A stretch of DNA of 62,597 nucleotides, counting the filler, from Kipferlia bialata (taxonomy: Eukaryota): NCBI GenBank assembly GCA_003568945.1. It is 6 parts of 6 records of this genome, joined end to end, with 100 filler letters (N's around TTAATTAATTAA, not from the genome) between each part and the next. Parts side by side here need not be neighbours in the genome. Positions count along the whole stretch, not along the records: positions 37,432 to 46,158 come from BDIP01000850.1; positions 46,259 to 60,430 come from BDIP01000851.1; 4 more parts are not named here. The stretch is one strand, 5' to 3'. How positions within the stretch are numbered: the stretch's first letter is position 1; each line of letters opens with the position of its first letter. Both the position numbers and the translations under genes were made by a program. The notes below the pieces were generated by a model. That model ran no database searches. It saw nothing but the letters and a program-made list of their open reading frames with translations, and was not told the DNA's origin. Shown here piece by piece: positions 37,621 through 53,382 of this stretch.

Positions 37621-39176
37621 GCCATGTCGACTCCCTCTGACTATGTGCACAGGGTGTCCCTCGCCCCCCTTGCCGCTCTGGACAGTGTGAGGCAGGGTGC
37701 CGTGGCCTCGTGCCCTGACCTGTGCACCGCTGCGGCACACACCCTACGGAGTGCGGCTAACAGGTATGGGTGGGGGTGTGGGGGTGTGGATAAATGTGTA
37801 GTTATGGACAGGCCCTCCTAGTAAGTGGTCGTAAGTGGTCGTAAGTGGTCGTATGTGGTGGTATGTGGTGGTATGTTGCAGGCATGTATCTATATGTGTG
37901 TATGCCGCACCTCTGGCCCTGACCCCAGTACACTCAGTGCCGAGAGAGCCTGTCTGGCGACAGTGTCTCTGGCCCAGGCCGCTGCTATGCCCTCATCAGG
38001 ACTTCCACCCCCGGGTATGTATGTATGTTTGTACGTCATCGTGGTACACCTTTTCCCGGGTCCTATATACTCTCTAACCACAGAGACCCTGGTGTCTCCG
38101 GCCGAGCTGTACCGTATGGCGTCTGCCTCCCTGACCCCTGGGGCCGTGTCGGGGTCTGGCCCCCTCCCCCCCCTGGCCATGCCTCTGTGCTGTGGGGTGG
38201 CAGCGGCCATGGAAGCATCGCTGGCCATAGGGAGAGGGGTGGGGGTGGGCAGCCCTGCCCCTGTCGCTGCTGTAGAGGGGTCAGAATGGTCACACGAGGT
38301 AGAGGGGGCAGGGCATGGGTCGGATAAGGTGACTGAGGTGGTGGGTTCACATTACAATTACACCTTACATACCAATACTCATTGGGTGTCTGTCCTGATC
38401 TGTCCATCCGTCTGTCCCTGACTCTCAGCTATCCACCTACACCACCAGTGCCATGCACCGGCTGCTGAGGGGTGCTGTGCTGCCAGGGGCCTGCAGACAG
38501 AGGGGGAGGGAGAGGGAGGGAGGGCGGGACAGAGTGACTCTACACACTCACTGCTACGCTGCGGCATCAGATGTACTAAGGTAAGAATAGTACATGGATT
38601 AAAGGGCACGCTGTTCCCACCCTCTTCTGGTGTCTTTGTTTAGTAGTATGTGACATTGACTAAGCTGCATATGACGTTAGGAATACCCTCATAGCCGCTG
38701 CTGCCGGTGTCTCCAGCACCTACCATGCCAGTAGAGATGCAGATACAGATACAGACACAGATGCCCAGGGGGGGTGTCTGCCGAGGGGCGAGGCGCTGCT
38801 GAGGGGGGCTGGGTCTGGTGGGTCTGGTGCGACTGAGAGAGGGGTGGCTAGTCTGAGACAGGGCCTGCTCGACCCCTTCATGCCCGTCCTCTCCCCCTCC
38901 TCTGAGAGAGAGAGAGACTACGAGGCAGCCTGTCTGGACGAGTTACTGCGTGTCTCCCCATACTCCAGTGGCCACCAGGGCGAGGGGGTGTCGGGGGGTG
39001 TGAGTACCAGGGCAGTGCTGGCAGGTCTCAGGTTCCTCCTACGCACACAGGGTGGGGGAGAGGGGGAGGCCGAGAGAGACCTTCGGGGGGTGGTTCACAT
39101 GGTGCTGTCGATGCATGCCCAGAGTGATGAGTGCCCACACTTGGATCAGACCATGGGTCATCTGGGGCTGCAGTAG
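37621..39176 (+). CDS. Hypothetical Ala/Gly-rich multi-exon protein (copy 2)
   Basis: Duplicate of 28794-30349. Confidence 0.55.
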
Positions 39177-39769
39177 GAGAGCGGTGTGTGATACAGTTGC
39201 CCATACACCCCATAGATTCACTCCAAAGAAGCACCATCTTGGTATGGTCACTTCCATACATTGGGACAATGTATATACATGCCTATCTGTTGGGATCTGT
39301 GAGGTCTATAATGATCCCCAATTAATTGAAAATCGTTTCTATTTAACTGCTTCAGACATATCCTGAATATCCGACGACAGAAATCCTTCTATATCTATCT
39401 ATTCTAGAATCATCATATTGTCTGTCATCAGTGTCATTGTAAAACCCCTCCGTAATACCTATATCCTCTCCCTCTCCCTCCTCTCCTTCCTCTTCCTCCT
39501 GTGTCTGAGGAATAGGCAGGGTCACCTCAGTCTCCTCAACCTCTTGGGAGAGGTGGACAGTCTTGGGTCTGACCTTGTCTAGATACGTATCCCTCCAGAC
39601 AGAGAGAGCGCGTCTGAGAGGCAAGACATAGTCGTTCCTTCCTTGATTTTCAAATCAGTGATACCCGATTTGTGACGGTATCTCTTCACTATCTGGGATC
39701 GTATCACCCATTGCCCGACATGGGTGGGACCTCAACCTACTACCACTTGTATCTGTACTGCATTGAGAC

Positions 39770-41515
39770 ATGGGGTACCGTCTGATGGGTGGGAGTGGTG
39801 GAGACACCGCAGTCGTGGGGATGGCCCATGCCAAGGAGTCTACTCGCAAGAGGAGACTGGTGGTGGCTGTGGCGGCCCTTACTCTGGTCACCCCCCTGGC
39901 TGTGTGTGTGTGTCTGGTGGTGGTGTCCATGGGAGGAGAGGCAGAGGCAGAGACCCCTCTCCTGGCAGAGCCCTACACAGACAGCCCCTACTCCATGCCG
40001 CCACTGCCCTATGCCCTAGACGCCCTGGAGTCTGCCATGTCGGCACATCAGGTGGGTCATTATCATTGTCATATTGTAACACCCATTAATCCCAAGTCAT
40101 TGTACAGTGTTATCGACTTGTGTGTACTTGGATTCAGCAATTGTAGAGTGGGACCTTGGCCACGACACTCACTGAATGCCTTCTACTTTGAAAGAGTACT
40201 TCTATGTGCAACTCACCCAGCTTGATGTGCACTATAACCAACACCACAGAGGCTACTGCACCAAGATCAATGCTCTGCTAGAAGGTAGAGTCAAACAATA
40301 TCTGTGTACATATGAATACCGTCATACACAGGTTTCTTAGGTAGAACCACGTGTATTCTCCATAGTACTGTACTGTAATTATATTTATTATTGACTGCAT
40401 ATATTGTATGCATACTCACCATCAGCTGACCCGATTAGTGCCCACCCCATAGAGTATGTACTAGAGCACATTGAAGACGTGCCAGTCTACAAGAGGCAGC
40501 AGGTATTGGGCAGGCCGTTACCATGTTAAACCATGTGGCGTACCGTCTGCTTCGGCAAGAAATCATACATATATGCATAGATGCCACTATTTGTTGACAG
40601 ATCACAACACGTTTCTAATTCCCAACACTTCGCATCTCTAAGGGTGGTTCTCTCATATTCCTGATAATGGAGACCCACCTAGGTGATCAACTTCGGAGGT
40701 GGATATGCCAACCACTCCTTCTTCTGGGAGAGCCTGTCCCCCACCACACAGGTAGTAGGGTATAATGGACTCTTGCCCGGTCGAACAACCACTCTGCCTA
40801 GTAGACTCAAGTGTGTCCCCCAGCTCACGTATAGGATGTACCTCTGCACCTGGTGACCCGGATTGAGGCTGCGTTCATGACACCCAGTGCCCTCAAGCGG
40901 GAGATGGTTGATCAGGGTATGATCTCTCACAACTACATTGCTTCCCTTGACAGTTCCGTGTACACCAAAGCCTATCCGGTGCAACGACATACATCGTATC
41001 TTACCATAGGTATGCAACTGTTCGGGTCAGGGTGGGTGTGGCTAGTGGAGAGAAATGGTAGACTAGAGGTCGTCTCGACTATGGCTCAGGTGCGGAGTCT
41101 TTGCGAAGATTGAAAATCTGAATCTCTCCCAATAACCTTTCTGTTACAGCTAGTCTCCGTAACACTCCCACTGTACTGTGGTGTTTCCCGTTCACTGAGT
41201 TCACTCAAGGACCGACCTGAAGGTACCCTCCTCCTGGCACTGGACGTCTGGGAGCACGCATACTACCTGGACTATGAGAGCAGCAGACTGGGATACCTGG
41301 AGGTAGTCTATCTACTGCTGTGTACTGGACTATACATGAGACAGTATGGAAACTGAAGGCTTCCAACACCATAGTGAATGCATTTCCTTCCAATATATAT
41401 TGGTTACCACTATGTATTATACTCTTACACGATACAGTCACCCCAGGCCATCTGGGGCCATATCAACTGGACCCAGGTGGATGCTAGGCTTCTCGTTACA
41501 GACACACCGGTGTAG
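39770..41515 (+). CDS. SOD: Fe/Mn-family superoxide dismutase with N-terminal signal anchor (copy 2)
   Basis: Duplicate of 30943-32688, with the DVWEHAYY, NHSFFW and FGSGWVWL motifs. Confidence 0.95.
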
Positions 41516-41949
41516 TGGACACCTAGAGACTAGATGTAGGAGAGAGTGGTGATGATAGTGGTGATGTGTATATATGGATATATATGAGTGTAGACGCAGA
41601 GTTCGGCACACAGACTGGGGCAAAGACTCAGGGCCGGTATGCGGCACCCGGTATGCCCATGGTCACAATAGATTTCATTGAATAGAGTGGGAAACTCATC
41701 ATGTTTGCTGCGTATTCCAGCGTATCATATGATGTATAGACTCTATTGCCGATGACCCAAAGTTATGAACACATAAATTGATATACAGGACGCTTTACTG
41801 CTAAGGGGAAACTCAAACAGGCGCTGGCAATGAGACACCAATACAAACACCAAACAACTGGAACTATAACGAAGAGAGTGCGTCCTGTCTGTATGCCTGC
41901 TTACTGCATGCCTACTCACCCCTATAGCTATACACACGCCATGGCCCAG

Positions 41950-44900
41950 CTACACCTGGGTGTCACGTGCCACCTGGGCCTCCTTACGTAGATAGTGGCC
42001 TAGGATGTAGGAACATGCTGGGGGTGAGGAGACTACCTACATAAGCACACTAACATTATCATTCCATATATATAATATTGAAATTTCCAGATAATTGCAA
42101 TCATTACACTCCATGCCACCCCCAACCATCTCCCCCCACCTGCCATGCCCAGCAGCATGAGAGAGGCCGCAACAAAGGGAGACGCCGGGATCCACTTGTA
42201 CAACTCAGCAGCGGCAGAACCTGATATCAGAGGGGTGTACTTGCATACCCCGTATCCTATCCACCTCTCCTGTACCTGCAGGAAGTGCTATCAGGCTGAA
42301 GAGCACGTGGCCTCCGGCAAGTTGGGAGGCACGCCTAGGGGTGAGGGAGAGGGGCACGAGGAAGGGTATTTCCATCACCATTCCTTGTCCAACCCTGCCT
42401 CATATCCACACATCTCCATCTACATAACTTACCTCTCGTCCTCCAGCATGTCTATATATATATATATATATATGTATACATATACCATGGGCCTCATGAC
42501 CACACTAATATACATACTAAATATACACATATATATATATGACACTATATATATGTATACATACATACAGTACCTCTCGTCCTCCAGCATGTCAGACCAC
42601 AGGGTGTCTACCATGGGCCTCATCACCGCTATGCTGATGCCGTCCAGTAGAACAGCTGTGGCCAGCAGAGGCACATAGTAGCTGGGGGTGGGAGGGGTGT
42701 CACAAGACGTGGAATGCGATGAGCTAAAGTCCCACAAGTAGCCGTAAAAGATAGAAGGCACTTCAAATACAGTATATACACGCATATATCGAAGAGAAGC
42801 GTACTGTGTCTCTAGCACCACCAGGAGCGATACTGCCACAGCGCCTATGAGTAGACCCAGAGACAGGGCCTGGGGCACAAGGCGGGGGGGGACCCTGGGG
42901 ATCACTGGGGTCAGGGGTATGGGGGTGAAACAAGTGATGCAATAACGAGATGATGATACATCACCATGCCCCATCCCTCTACCAGCCATACACACTCTCT
43001 TCACACACACATATATAGTAGTACACACACACTCATATATATATCTATCTGTACCTAGGAGCAGCATCACGATGGTGGTTGCAGCCATTCCCATAGCCAC
43101 TGGGGTGAGGGGGGAATAGAGGAGGAGGGATAGACATGTGTTGTATCATCCTCCGCACCTAGGCTGACCCCTCTGTCGGACACTCCGACAGTCTTGACCA
43201 GATAGTCATAGTAGAAGAGCGGCTTGAAGATGACATAGAACTGTACACCGGCGGCAAGGCCTAGACAGTAGCGCCTGAGGTTACGACAGGTCACGCGACA
43301 TGTATGCATGCATGTATGAATGAATTCGGAGAGTGGGAGGGAAGGTCCGGCCAAGAGTATGCAGAGTGAAGACTACTGCACTCACATTGGCGTTGTGGAC
43401 ACAAAGTATCGGAAGGCAGCAGACAGACCACCCCACATGGTCTCAGCCTCAGTGACTGAGTCAGCCCCAGCCTCAGTAGGGGCCTCAGTCTCTGTCTCGC
43501 CCGTGACACCAGCCTCTCTATCCTCTCCTTCCACCCCCATATCAGATGCGGCAACCCCACCCACCACCTCCGTATGGGTGTCTGTATCCATACCCAGTAT
43601 AGATGTGCCACTCTTGCCTTCTGAGGTGTCAGGGAGTACCAAGGCCTCTGTCGATACAGGTAGGGCATCTGCCACTACACTGGTACTGGTGCTGTCAGAG
43701 CTGTTGTCACATACCTCACACACGTCTGATATACCTTCCCCCTCCCCTCTCTCCTCCTTGACATCACCAGTCACAGTATCAGTCACAGGGACCTCCTCCC
43801 CTCCCTCCGACTGGGTCTCTCTCTCTCTCTCTCCCTCTCCCTCTGTCACATCCAGGATGGTATGAGTACTGGGAAGACAGGCCCCTGCCCCCTTGGCGTG
43901 TGCCCCTGCCTTGGCCCCCCTCTCTCTCTCCCACATGCAGTGTCTGATGCTGAAGGTGGTGGTCATGATGGCAGCACTCGACAGGAGCAGTATCCTCTCC
44001 CCATCCACCAGGCCGTACTTGTCGACCACCCACCCGCCGATCGGTGTGAACAGACCCCCCACCAGCAGAGTGAAGTGGAATCCACTGGGTGAGGGAGGGG
44101 GGGGGAGACGGATACAGACGGGAGAGACACACAACAAGATAATGGATACGTAATGTGGTGTGGCAATGGGAACACCCACATGGACTGAGGGGGTCCCTAC
44201 AATACAGAGTATCCTAGTGATATGATCTACGATATGTCGGGTGTATGGAGCACCGGAAGTACGTTGACCAGTCTCACATATATAGAACAGTATGTCATAA
44301 CAATGCAGCGTATCATACTATGATACCTGAAGTTGACCAGCCTCTGTGGGGAGGTAGCCTTCTCTGTCAAGAGACACATGAAGGACACATACACAACCTG
44401 GGGGTGAGACCGGTGGGGTGTGTAAGTGTGTAAGTGTCTAAGGGTCTATGTGCACGGAGAGGATGACTGATGACTGAGTGTGACTGGTGGCATGAGAAAG
44501 AAGACGGGAGAGTTTCATTGGCGTTGTATGTGCCACCTCTGCCTAACCATACTTGTTGATATATATATACTTGTTGATATACATATACTTGTTGATATAT
44601 ATATACTTGTAGCTATATATATACTTGTTGATATATATAGACTTGTTGATATATATATACTTGTTGATATATATATACTTTTTGATATATATATACTTGT
44701 TGATCACCTTGTTGATGCCGTTGAGTATGCCCCCCACTATCTGCCCGTAAATGGTGTCACTCAGTGCCCAGAACAGGTCGGCTCCTGGGGTGAGGGGGGC
44801 AGACTACCATCAGACTATCATCAGACAGAGACACAGACAGTCACTGTGCCATCAGATACTGATACTGATACAGTCACTGTGCCACAGTCACTGTATGCTG

Positions 44901-46021
44901 TATCCACCTGGCCAGGACAGGATGTCAAACAGGATCACGGTGGCCTCACGCCCTGGGGTCAACGGAACAGAATAGAGATGGAAGTATAGAGTCAATGGAA
45001 GGAAAGGTGGCACACACACAGACATGACTACTGGAGTGTGATACACACAGACATCCAGACACATGTGCGTACCATACTTGTCGGCCAGATATCCAGAGAC
45101 GAGGGACGCGAATATCTGTGTGGTCATGAGAATGGTTTGGTAGATACCAACCTAGGTGAGGGGGGAGGAGGGTTGGCATGTATATATCATATGTTGGGGG
45201 GTATGGGACATGGTAAGTATACGTACTAATACCTATCACACCTATGCTGATATTATATATTGGAGATGGTGCATACAACACAACAAAGTACACATATCCC
45301 TGTATATATACTCAGCGGTAAGTGAATGGCGCCATCAGACATAGGAATATGCACCCCCCACCCCCCCTGTCTCTCTGTGATGCCTAGCTCCAGCAGTATA
45401 TATGAGACCGTGTATACTGTACAGATATATTGTTTATGTATATATATCTAATACCTGTCTCTCTGTGATGCCTGGCCCCAGCAGTATATATCATATATAA
45501 TATATATGAAGCATATGTAAGTATAGTATAAACAGTATCATTATCTATATTCTTACCTGTCTCTCGGTGATCCCTAGCTCCAACAGGTACATGGTGAAAT
45601 AGACCTGAGGGGAGATATGTAGAGAGAGAGAGAAGGTCACCAATATGGTAATCAATGCAAGAGAGAGAGGATGGGAGGCGGGGAGAGAAGGGTTGAGAGC
45701 CAAGGAAGGATCACCCACTTCTCCGCCCCCTCCTTACCCTCACATTACATTGTAGGGATACATATGTATATATATATATATGTATATATATACATATCCA
45801 CCCACCACCACATTGTTGTAGGGCAGGCTGAAGAAGGGGGTGATCAGGTTATCATGTATAGTATATAGTATATAGTATATTGTATATATATAGTATATAC
45901 ATACCACCACATTGTTGTAGGGCAGGCTGAAGAAGGGCCCCGTGAGAGTGGCCACCACCCCATTATGAGACATGTGCCGCAACAGGGGCAGGCTGGACAC
46001 AGACTGGAAGACCCGGCCCAT
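41950..46021 (-). CDS. Major facilitator superfamily transporter (copy 2)
   Basis: Duplicate of 33123-37194. Confidence 0.85.
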
Positions 46022-46364
46022 CTGGGGTCAGGGACATACACGGAGAGGCAGAGGCACGAGGGAGAGAGAGATACATGGAGGAGAGGGGGTTGTGAGAGTG
46101 AGAGCCTCCCAGAGACTATGGGGGGGGGGGGGGGGGGGACAGAAAGGTAACCCCCCCANNNNNNNNNNNNNNNNNNNNNNNNNNNNNNNNNNNNNNNNNN
46201 NNTTAATTAATTAANNNNNNNNNNNNNNNNNNNNNNNNNNNNNNNNNNNNNNNNNNNNCCCCTTATAATTTTTTGTGTTTTTTCCCCCCCCCCCCCCCCC
46301 TATCCTCCCATTAGAGGTAGTATATATGTATATATATGTACTCAATCAGTACTTAAAACTCAGA

Positions 46365-48318
46365 TCCAGGGGTCTAGGAGCGTGAGTGTCACCCCCCAGT
46401 CCCAGCAGAGACAGGTCGCACAGGTATAGTAGTATATAGTATATATATATGTATCAATGGCTGAATATATAATATATATAATATACATGTGTGTGAGTAT
46501 GTATCTATCCCAGTCCTAGCAGACACAGGTGGCACAGGTATAGCAGTATAAAGTAGCATATAGTAGTGTGTATATGTGCATGTATATATGCCAGAGCACT
46601 GTGGCATGTATCAGTACGTGATCATTGACAGGCAATATACGTGATGTACCACTATTACAGCAACACTCTCTATCGGTACAAAATGGCATTCACATGGGTG
46701 CTATCCAGTGCTTGCTGACTTGAATACATATATATATCTGCTGCTCAAAGCATAGAGTGTATATATTTATGTGTGTATAGTATGTAATGCTGACCCAGGT
46801 ACAGGGCAGACCCATGGGAGTCCAGCCCCAGCAGACACAGCAGCAGGTAGATGTATATATATATATATTAGTATATACATACCCTATATCCTTTATAGTA
46901 TAGTGGTTGTATGGTGGAGTCCAGCCCCAGCAGACACAGCAACAGGTATGGTTATGTATGTGTATACTGCACTCTCAATATATATTTGTATCCTATTCAT
47001 TACATATGTATATACTGTTAAAGCCATTTAGTACATATGGTATTATCGTACCCACCGCTAGGCAGCCCAGCAGGCAGCCCAGCAGGCAGCCCAGCAGCGG
47101 CAGGTATGTTCAAGTGAAGAGTTGTATAGTATATATAGTAAGCATGTTGTTGTATAACCCCAGGTGGCCCAGACCCAGCAGACCCAGGCAGCACATGCAG
47201 CGCAGCAGGTGAATAGATCTAGTATGTAAATATATATATGTGTGTGTTTGTAGTTGTGGAGGCAGCACAGGCAACGCAGCAGATATATAGTGTAGGTATA
47301 TAGAACTTATATATGTATGTATATATATGTGTGTGTGTGGGAGTATGTGTATTATGTCTGTGTATATTGTATGTGGCATTTGTATATATCACCACAGTTA
47401 AATCTAGGCCCAGCAGGTTGCCCAAGGGCATGATAAGTATATTGTGTGTCATTGCACGTCATGTTATGATGAAATGCCGCCTAATACCCAGGCCCAGCAG
47501 GTTGCCCTGGCCCAAGAGGCCGCCCAGTACAAGAGTCTTAGGATGGAGTGTCTGACATACATGGCCAACATGGGTGGGTATATGCATACATATATATATA
47601 CATATTGATATATTGATGGATGCAGATATTGTGGTCTGTGATTCTAGTAGTGGTGTGTTTGTGTGGGTAATCTTAGGATGGAGTGTCTGACATACATGGC
47701 CAACATGGGTGAGTGTGTTTATAGTGATGGATACACGGGTATACTGGTTGTATATATAGTGGTGTATTGAACTCCTCTCACTCTCTAGGCCCCCTTGTGA
47801 ACACACACTCTCTCCCAAAATATATACATATGTATGTATACACTTGTATATCTAACCCTCAGGCCCCCTGGTCAACACTGCCACTGGCGAGGTGTCTCTT
47901 ACACACACACATATATATATATATATATACATACACTTGTATATCTAACCCTCAGGCCCCTTAGTCAACACTGCCACTGGCGATGTCCGTGCCCAGCTGA
48001 TAGACACCATGTTCGGGGCATGTGTCTACTTCTATGCAAAGTGCCAAGCCTTTCCAAACCCAAAGCACAAGGAGGTATGTATTCACTCAGTAGACAATTA
48101 ATATATGTAATTAATATATATATATATATATACCAAAACACAAGGAGGTATATAGCTGGATGTTAATGAATAGTATGTGGCATTTCCTAACGATATACAT
48201 GTATTGGAAGTTTAGTGACCGAGGAAGCACTCATCTCCCTCTGCTTTGTATCCATATTTGAGTACTCTCACTAACCGCTAGATATGTGTCTCTCTACGTC
48301 TGTGGATGGCCGAGTACT

Positions 48319-48353
<35 letters not shown>

Positions 48354-51300
48354 CCCCTAGATGTGTGTCTCCCTGCGTCTGTGGATGGCCGAGTACTACA
48401 TCCCCGCCCACCACTGTGACTACCTGAGTCTGGTCAATGTCCTCACACACTACGATACACTGCCAGAGCTCAGGCAGAAGCAGGTATTGTATATATTCCC
48501 ATATATGTATATATATATAGATATATATAGGTATGTAAATATTGATGTACCTGAGTCTGGTCAATGTCCTGACACACTATGATACACTGCTAGAGTTGAG
48601 ACAGAAGCAGGTTATATATATTTATATATATATGTAAATCTGTCTAACCCCAGACCTCCGAGGACAAGGCTATCCTGTCCGAGGCTGATCTTCCTCTCTC
48701 CCCCTTCCTCTCTCTCTCTCTCTCTCNNNNNNNNNNNNNNNNNNNNNNNNNNNNNNNNNNNNNNNNNNNNNNNNNNNNNNNNNNNTCTCTCTCTATATAT
48801 ATACCTAACCCCAGACCTCCGAGGACAAGGCCATCCTGTCAGAGGTCGAGTTCCGGATACCCCCCCTCTCCCCCAGGGCCCTCTCCCATGTACTGGCAGC
48901 ACACCCAGGATACGGGTTCAACATCGCAAACTCTAGCTTGTCCACGTTCAACCATAGGTATACTCTCTCTCTCTCTCTCTCTGTTTCTCTCAGCGAAGCT
49001 CTCGTCTGTCCATGCTCACCAGTGTTATGCCTCAGGGTTTGTATAATATATAGTATGTAGTACTCACCAGTCAGACTGATTGACGACCTTGTCAGGAAGA
49101 CTGCCCAGTTCCCACCCAGGCCTAGGCCGGCCAGGCTGCAGTGCAGGTGGGTAGATGTATTATATGTAATGATATATATACACACATTCAATGCATGTTA
49201 TATGAATACTGTCAGACTGCAGTGCAGGATGTATTATATGTATTGACATATCAATACATATTCAATGCGTGTTACATGAATACTGCCAGGCTGCAGTGCA
49301 GGTGGGTAGATGTATTGTAGATATATGTATATACATATATATGTATATTGCAAAACTGCGTGCCTGATAAAGAGGAGTGGTAGTATATATATACTTATGT
49401 ATACATACATATGGATATATTGATATATTAGTATATATATACTATACAAGCCAAGGCCGGCCAGACTGCAGTACAGGAGGAGAGATTAGTACATATAAGC
49501 AATAAGTAATAGTACTGCCAGGCTGTATTGCAGGTGGATGAACATGTATACGCGATTATTATATTATCATATACTAACTCTAGGAAGGAGCTGTTCCGCA
49601 TCCTCCCCCCCTACTTTGCTCCCCCTCTGGTGGGTGAGGGAGAGGGGGAAGGCCAGGTAGAGGAGCCAGAGATCAAGAGGGCGGCTCAGGTTAGTGTACA
49701 TGTCATGTATATATATGACTATGTCAGTTTACCCCCAGGCCCTCCGCTCTCTGCCCTTTGTCACGCTGGGTTCAGACCCCGACAAGCCAACACTGGCCCT
49801 GCCCCCACCCCCTGCCCCGGTGGCACCAGCAGACCCAGGTGAGTATTTAGGTGTTGAATGTATATACATTTATATTTAAATTTATATATAATATTGTTGT
49901 ATATACACCTGCCCCATTAGCAGACGCCGACCCATGTGCAGAGTATGTATATGTATTCACCGTTACATGTATATTCGCTATATTTATCTTATACCAGCTG
50001 CGGGTGTGTCTCTGCTGCACTTCACCAGCATAGGCGGTGCCACAGCTGGGTGTGTGTCACCAGATGGAAAGACAGTCTGCTTTGCAGGCATGGACAGGTA
50101 GGACTCTCTATCTCTCTCTCTATATATATATGTGTGTGTGTGTGTTGAGGTGTAGCTGTGGACACTATATGCATGAATGTACTATTAACTGCTGTGCAGG
50201 CATGAACAGGTATGTGTGTATGTATACATATGTATGTATGGGTGTACGTGTTTGAATATTCTATCTGACAGTCTCCTTTGCGTATATGGATAGGTATGAG
50301 AGTTCTCTCTCTCTCTCTCTCTCTCTCACACTCGATATGAATACATGACTTAGACAGTACATATTGCACTATGTCTAACCCTGCAGAGTCCTGCGTGTGT
50401 ATGACCTTGCCACCCCAGGTCAGGCACAGGGGCAGGCACAGGCTCAGGTGGGTATACATTTACATACCTGTATCAATGGTTCATAGTTTTATGTCCTAAT
50501 GGTTAGGGCCTGGAGCGTGACTCTGGCACCCTGAGGCCCACCCACCCATATACTTATATACACACACACATATTTATATATATTTATATCTTACTCTAAT
50601 GTGTAGGGCCTGGAGCGTGACTCTGGCAGCCTGACACCCATCCATATACTAATAATTATCTACACCCATATATGTGTATTGTTCTACTATTCTGTACTCT
50701 AACATGTAGGGTATGGAGCGTGACTCTGGCACTCTGGGACTCTTCCCTTCCTATACTCATTATCTTCATATGTAACTATCATCTATACAGCTATTGCTAT
50801 GTTCTTATCTAATGGTTAGGGCCTGGAGCGTGACTCTGGCACCCTGAGGCCCATCCTGCCCCAGTGTCTGGTGGGGCACTCCAAGGCAACTACATCACTG
50901 GCCATGACAGGGGGGATGATGGTGAGTGTAGTATACTCAGTGTAGTATACGCAGTGTAGTATACGCCTCGTATCTGCAGCATATATTATATTTGTATATA
51001 ATGGTTTTATTAAGTAATATATCATTCCTACACTCACTCCCAGGTCAGTGGCTCCCTTGACGCCAGTGTCAGGCTGTGGTGCACTGTCTCGTCAGACCCA
51101 GATGCAGAGGCAGGGGTAGAGGCAGAGGGGGCAGGGCAGGGCATGGTGGTGTCAGACACAGCCTCGCAGCAGGTATAAGTACAGTATATATACTTGAGAG
51201 TTATGATGCACGTGTATGTATCGTATGTGTACGTGTGTATCCTAACGTCAGACGCAGCAGGTTAGTTTGTATAATATGCATATAATCCTTTCTATACGTC

Positions 51301-53070
51301 TTCTAACATCAGGCTAGAGCAAGGACCACCCTGTCCAAGTGGGTTGGTGTGTCAGTGTACAGGGGTCACAGTGGGCCTGTGTGCTCTGTGGCAGTGGGCC
51401 CAGGGGCAGGGCCATTCCTGAGTGGTGGCATCGACTACACCCTAAGGTATATGCGTATAGCACTATTGCTATATATATATATACAGCTAACCCAACTGTG
51501 CCACCCCCATCAGATAGCTCTATCTGATGCATCTCTCTCTCAATGTATATATACCCATTATATGTATATATACCCATTATACCAGTTGTGGTACACCCTA
51601 TTTTGCCACCCCCATCAGACTCTATCTGATGCATCTCATTCTCCCTCTCTCTCTCTCTATGCATATATATATGTTCACTCTTACTCTAGGTTATGGTACC
51701 CCAACTGTGCCACCCCCATCAGACTGTATCTGATGCCTGCCCCTGTGACAGCATGTCTCATATGCCCTAACAGGAGGCTCTTAGTAGGGGGAACTAGCAC
51801 AGGTATAAGGCCCTACATTTCACTAATACAATATTCAGATGTATGTGTTAGCTCTGACCCCAGGCTACATTGCCATGTACGATGCCCTGACTGTTGTCAA
51901 GAAGACAAGGACTCCCCAGGTCAAGGACTCAGACCCGTTCCCAAGGTATGTTGTAATTCCCCTGGTTATACCATTTATCATATCCCCATGTTCTTGTATG
52001 GTATATTGTATTGTCTGTCAACAGGTCAAGGACTCAGACCCATTTCCAATGTGGGTAGTTGTTATACATTTGTATTGTGTTTATGTATATGTATTGAATG
52101 ACTAACCTCTAGACTTGACCTTCTCATGTACTGGGACGTCGATAGAATTGTATTATTCTCTATGTAGTAGAGTTTCTTTCTTCTTCTATATATATCTAAC
52201 CTCCAGACCAGACCTTGTGATGTACTGCGAGGACATATGTATATAAGTATTGTATCATACGCATATATCTAATATCAGGCTTGACCTTGTCATGTACTGG
52301 GAGGTGAGGTCCGAGGACACCGAGGGGGAGATGGCACGGGACGTGGTGTCACAGACACAGGGTATGTATAGTATGTATGTCTTGAATATATTAGTTCAAC
52401 TTACACGAGGTGAGATACCCTCTCCTCTACTCCCTCCCCTTTAAGACCCGTGTACACATATTCGGTATATATTATGGTATATATTATCACATAGTATCTG
52501 ATACTAGGTGAGGCCCCTGCCCAGAGCACTGCCTCCCCCCGCATGTCCAACCCCAATGCCATCACGGCCCTGGCATCCAGTCCAGACGGCATGGTGCTAT
52601 TTGCAGGCACACGCTCGGGACAGGTGGGCATTTAGGGGCTAACGCTATAATACTCTATTTAATCCTTGGTCCTGTTTGCAGGCACACGCTCAGGACATGT
52701 GAGCTTCTAGATATAGATATAGAGATTATACTCCCTAGTACTCTTTTAACCCCAGGTCCACATGCTGGATCTTGTCAAGCGCCAGGCCGTGCGCGTTGTT
52801 GCCCTGCGGGGTCTGGGCCCCGTTGTCTCTCTGACCTGCAGTGCCGAGGGTGGCAGACTGGTGTGTGCGTGCTCCACGGCTGTGGCTGTGCTGGATGTGT
52901 GGTACTTAAGACAGAGGCACAGGGTGGACCCCACGGCCCAGTTCCCATACTACGCACCGGGGACAAGGTATATTGTGTATATATACATATGTCTATTTAT
53001 GCATAATAGTATTATATTAATATATATTTATACATTAACTGGCATTGCCATCTACCCCCTGAGGGAGCAG

Positions 53071-53118
<48 letters not shown>

Positions 53119-53250
53119 CCCTCTATATATATATAATATATATAATATATATAATATCTATATATATAATATAATGGTGAATACTTATATATATATATAC
53201 TAATACCAGGACCGTCATTGCCATCCACCCCCTGAGAGAGCAGAAGGCTA

Positions 53251-53296
<46 letters not shown>

Positions 53297-53343
53297 CCAA
53301 CCCCAGAAATGTCATTGCCATCCACCCCCTGAGGGAGCAGAGG

Positions 53344-53382
<39 letters not shown>

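Larger units (their letters stand above)
37432..46158. repeat. 8,727-bp contig, copy 2
   Basis: Same sequence and same ends as 28605-37331. Confidence 0.97.
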
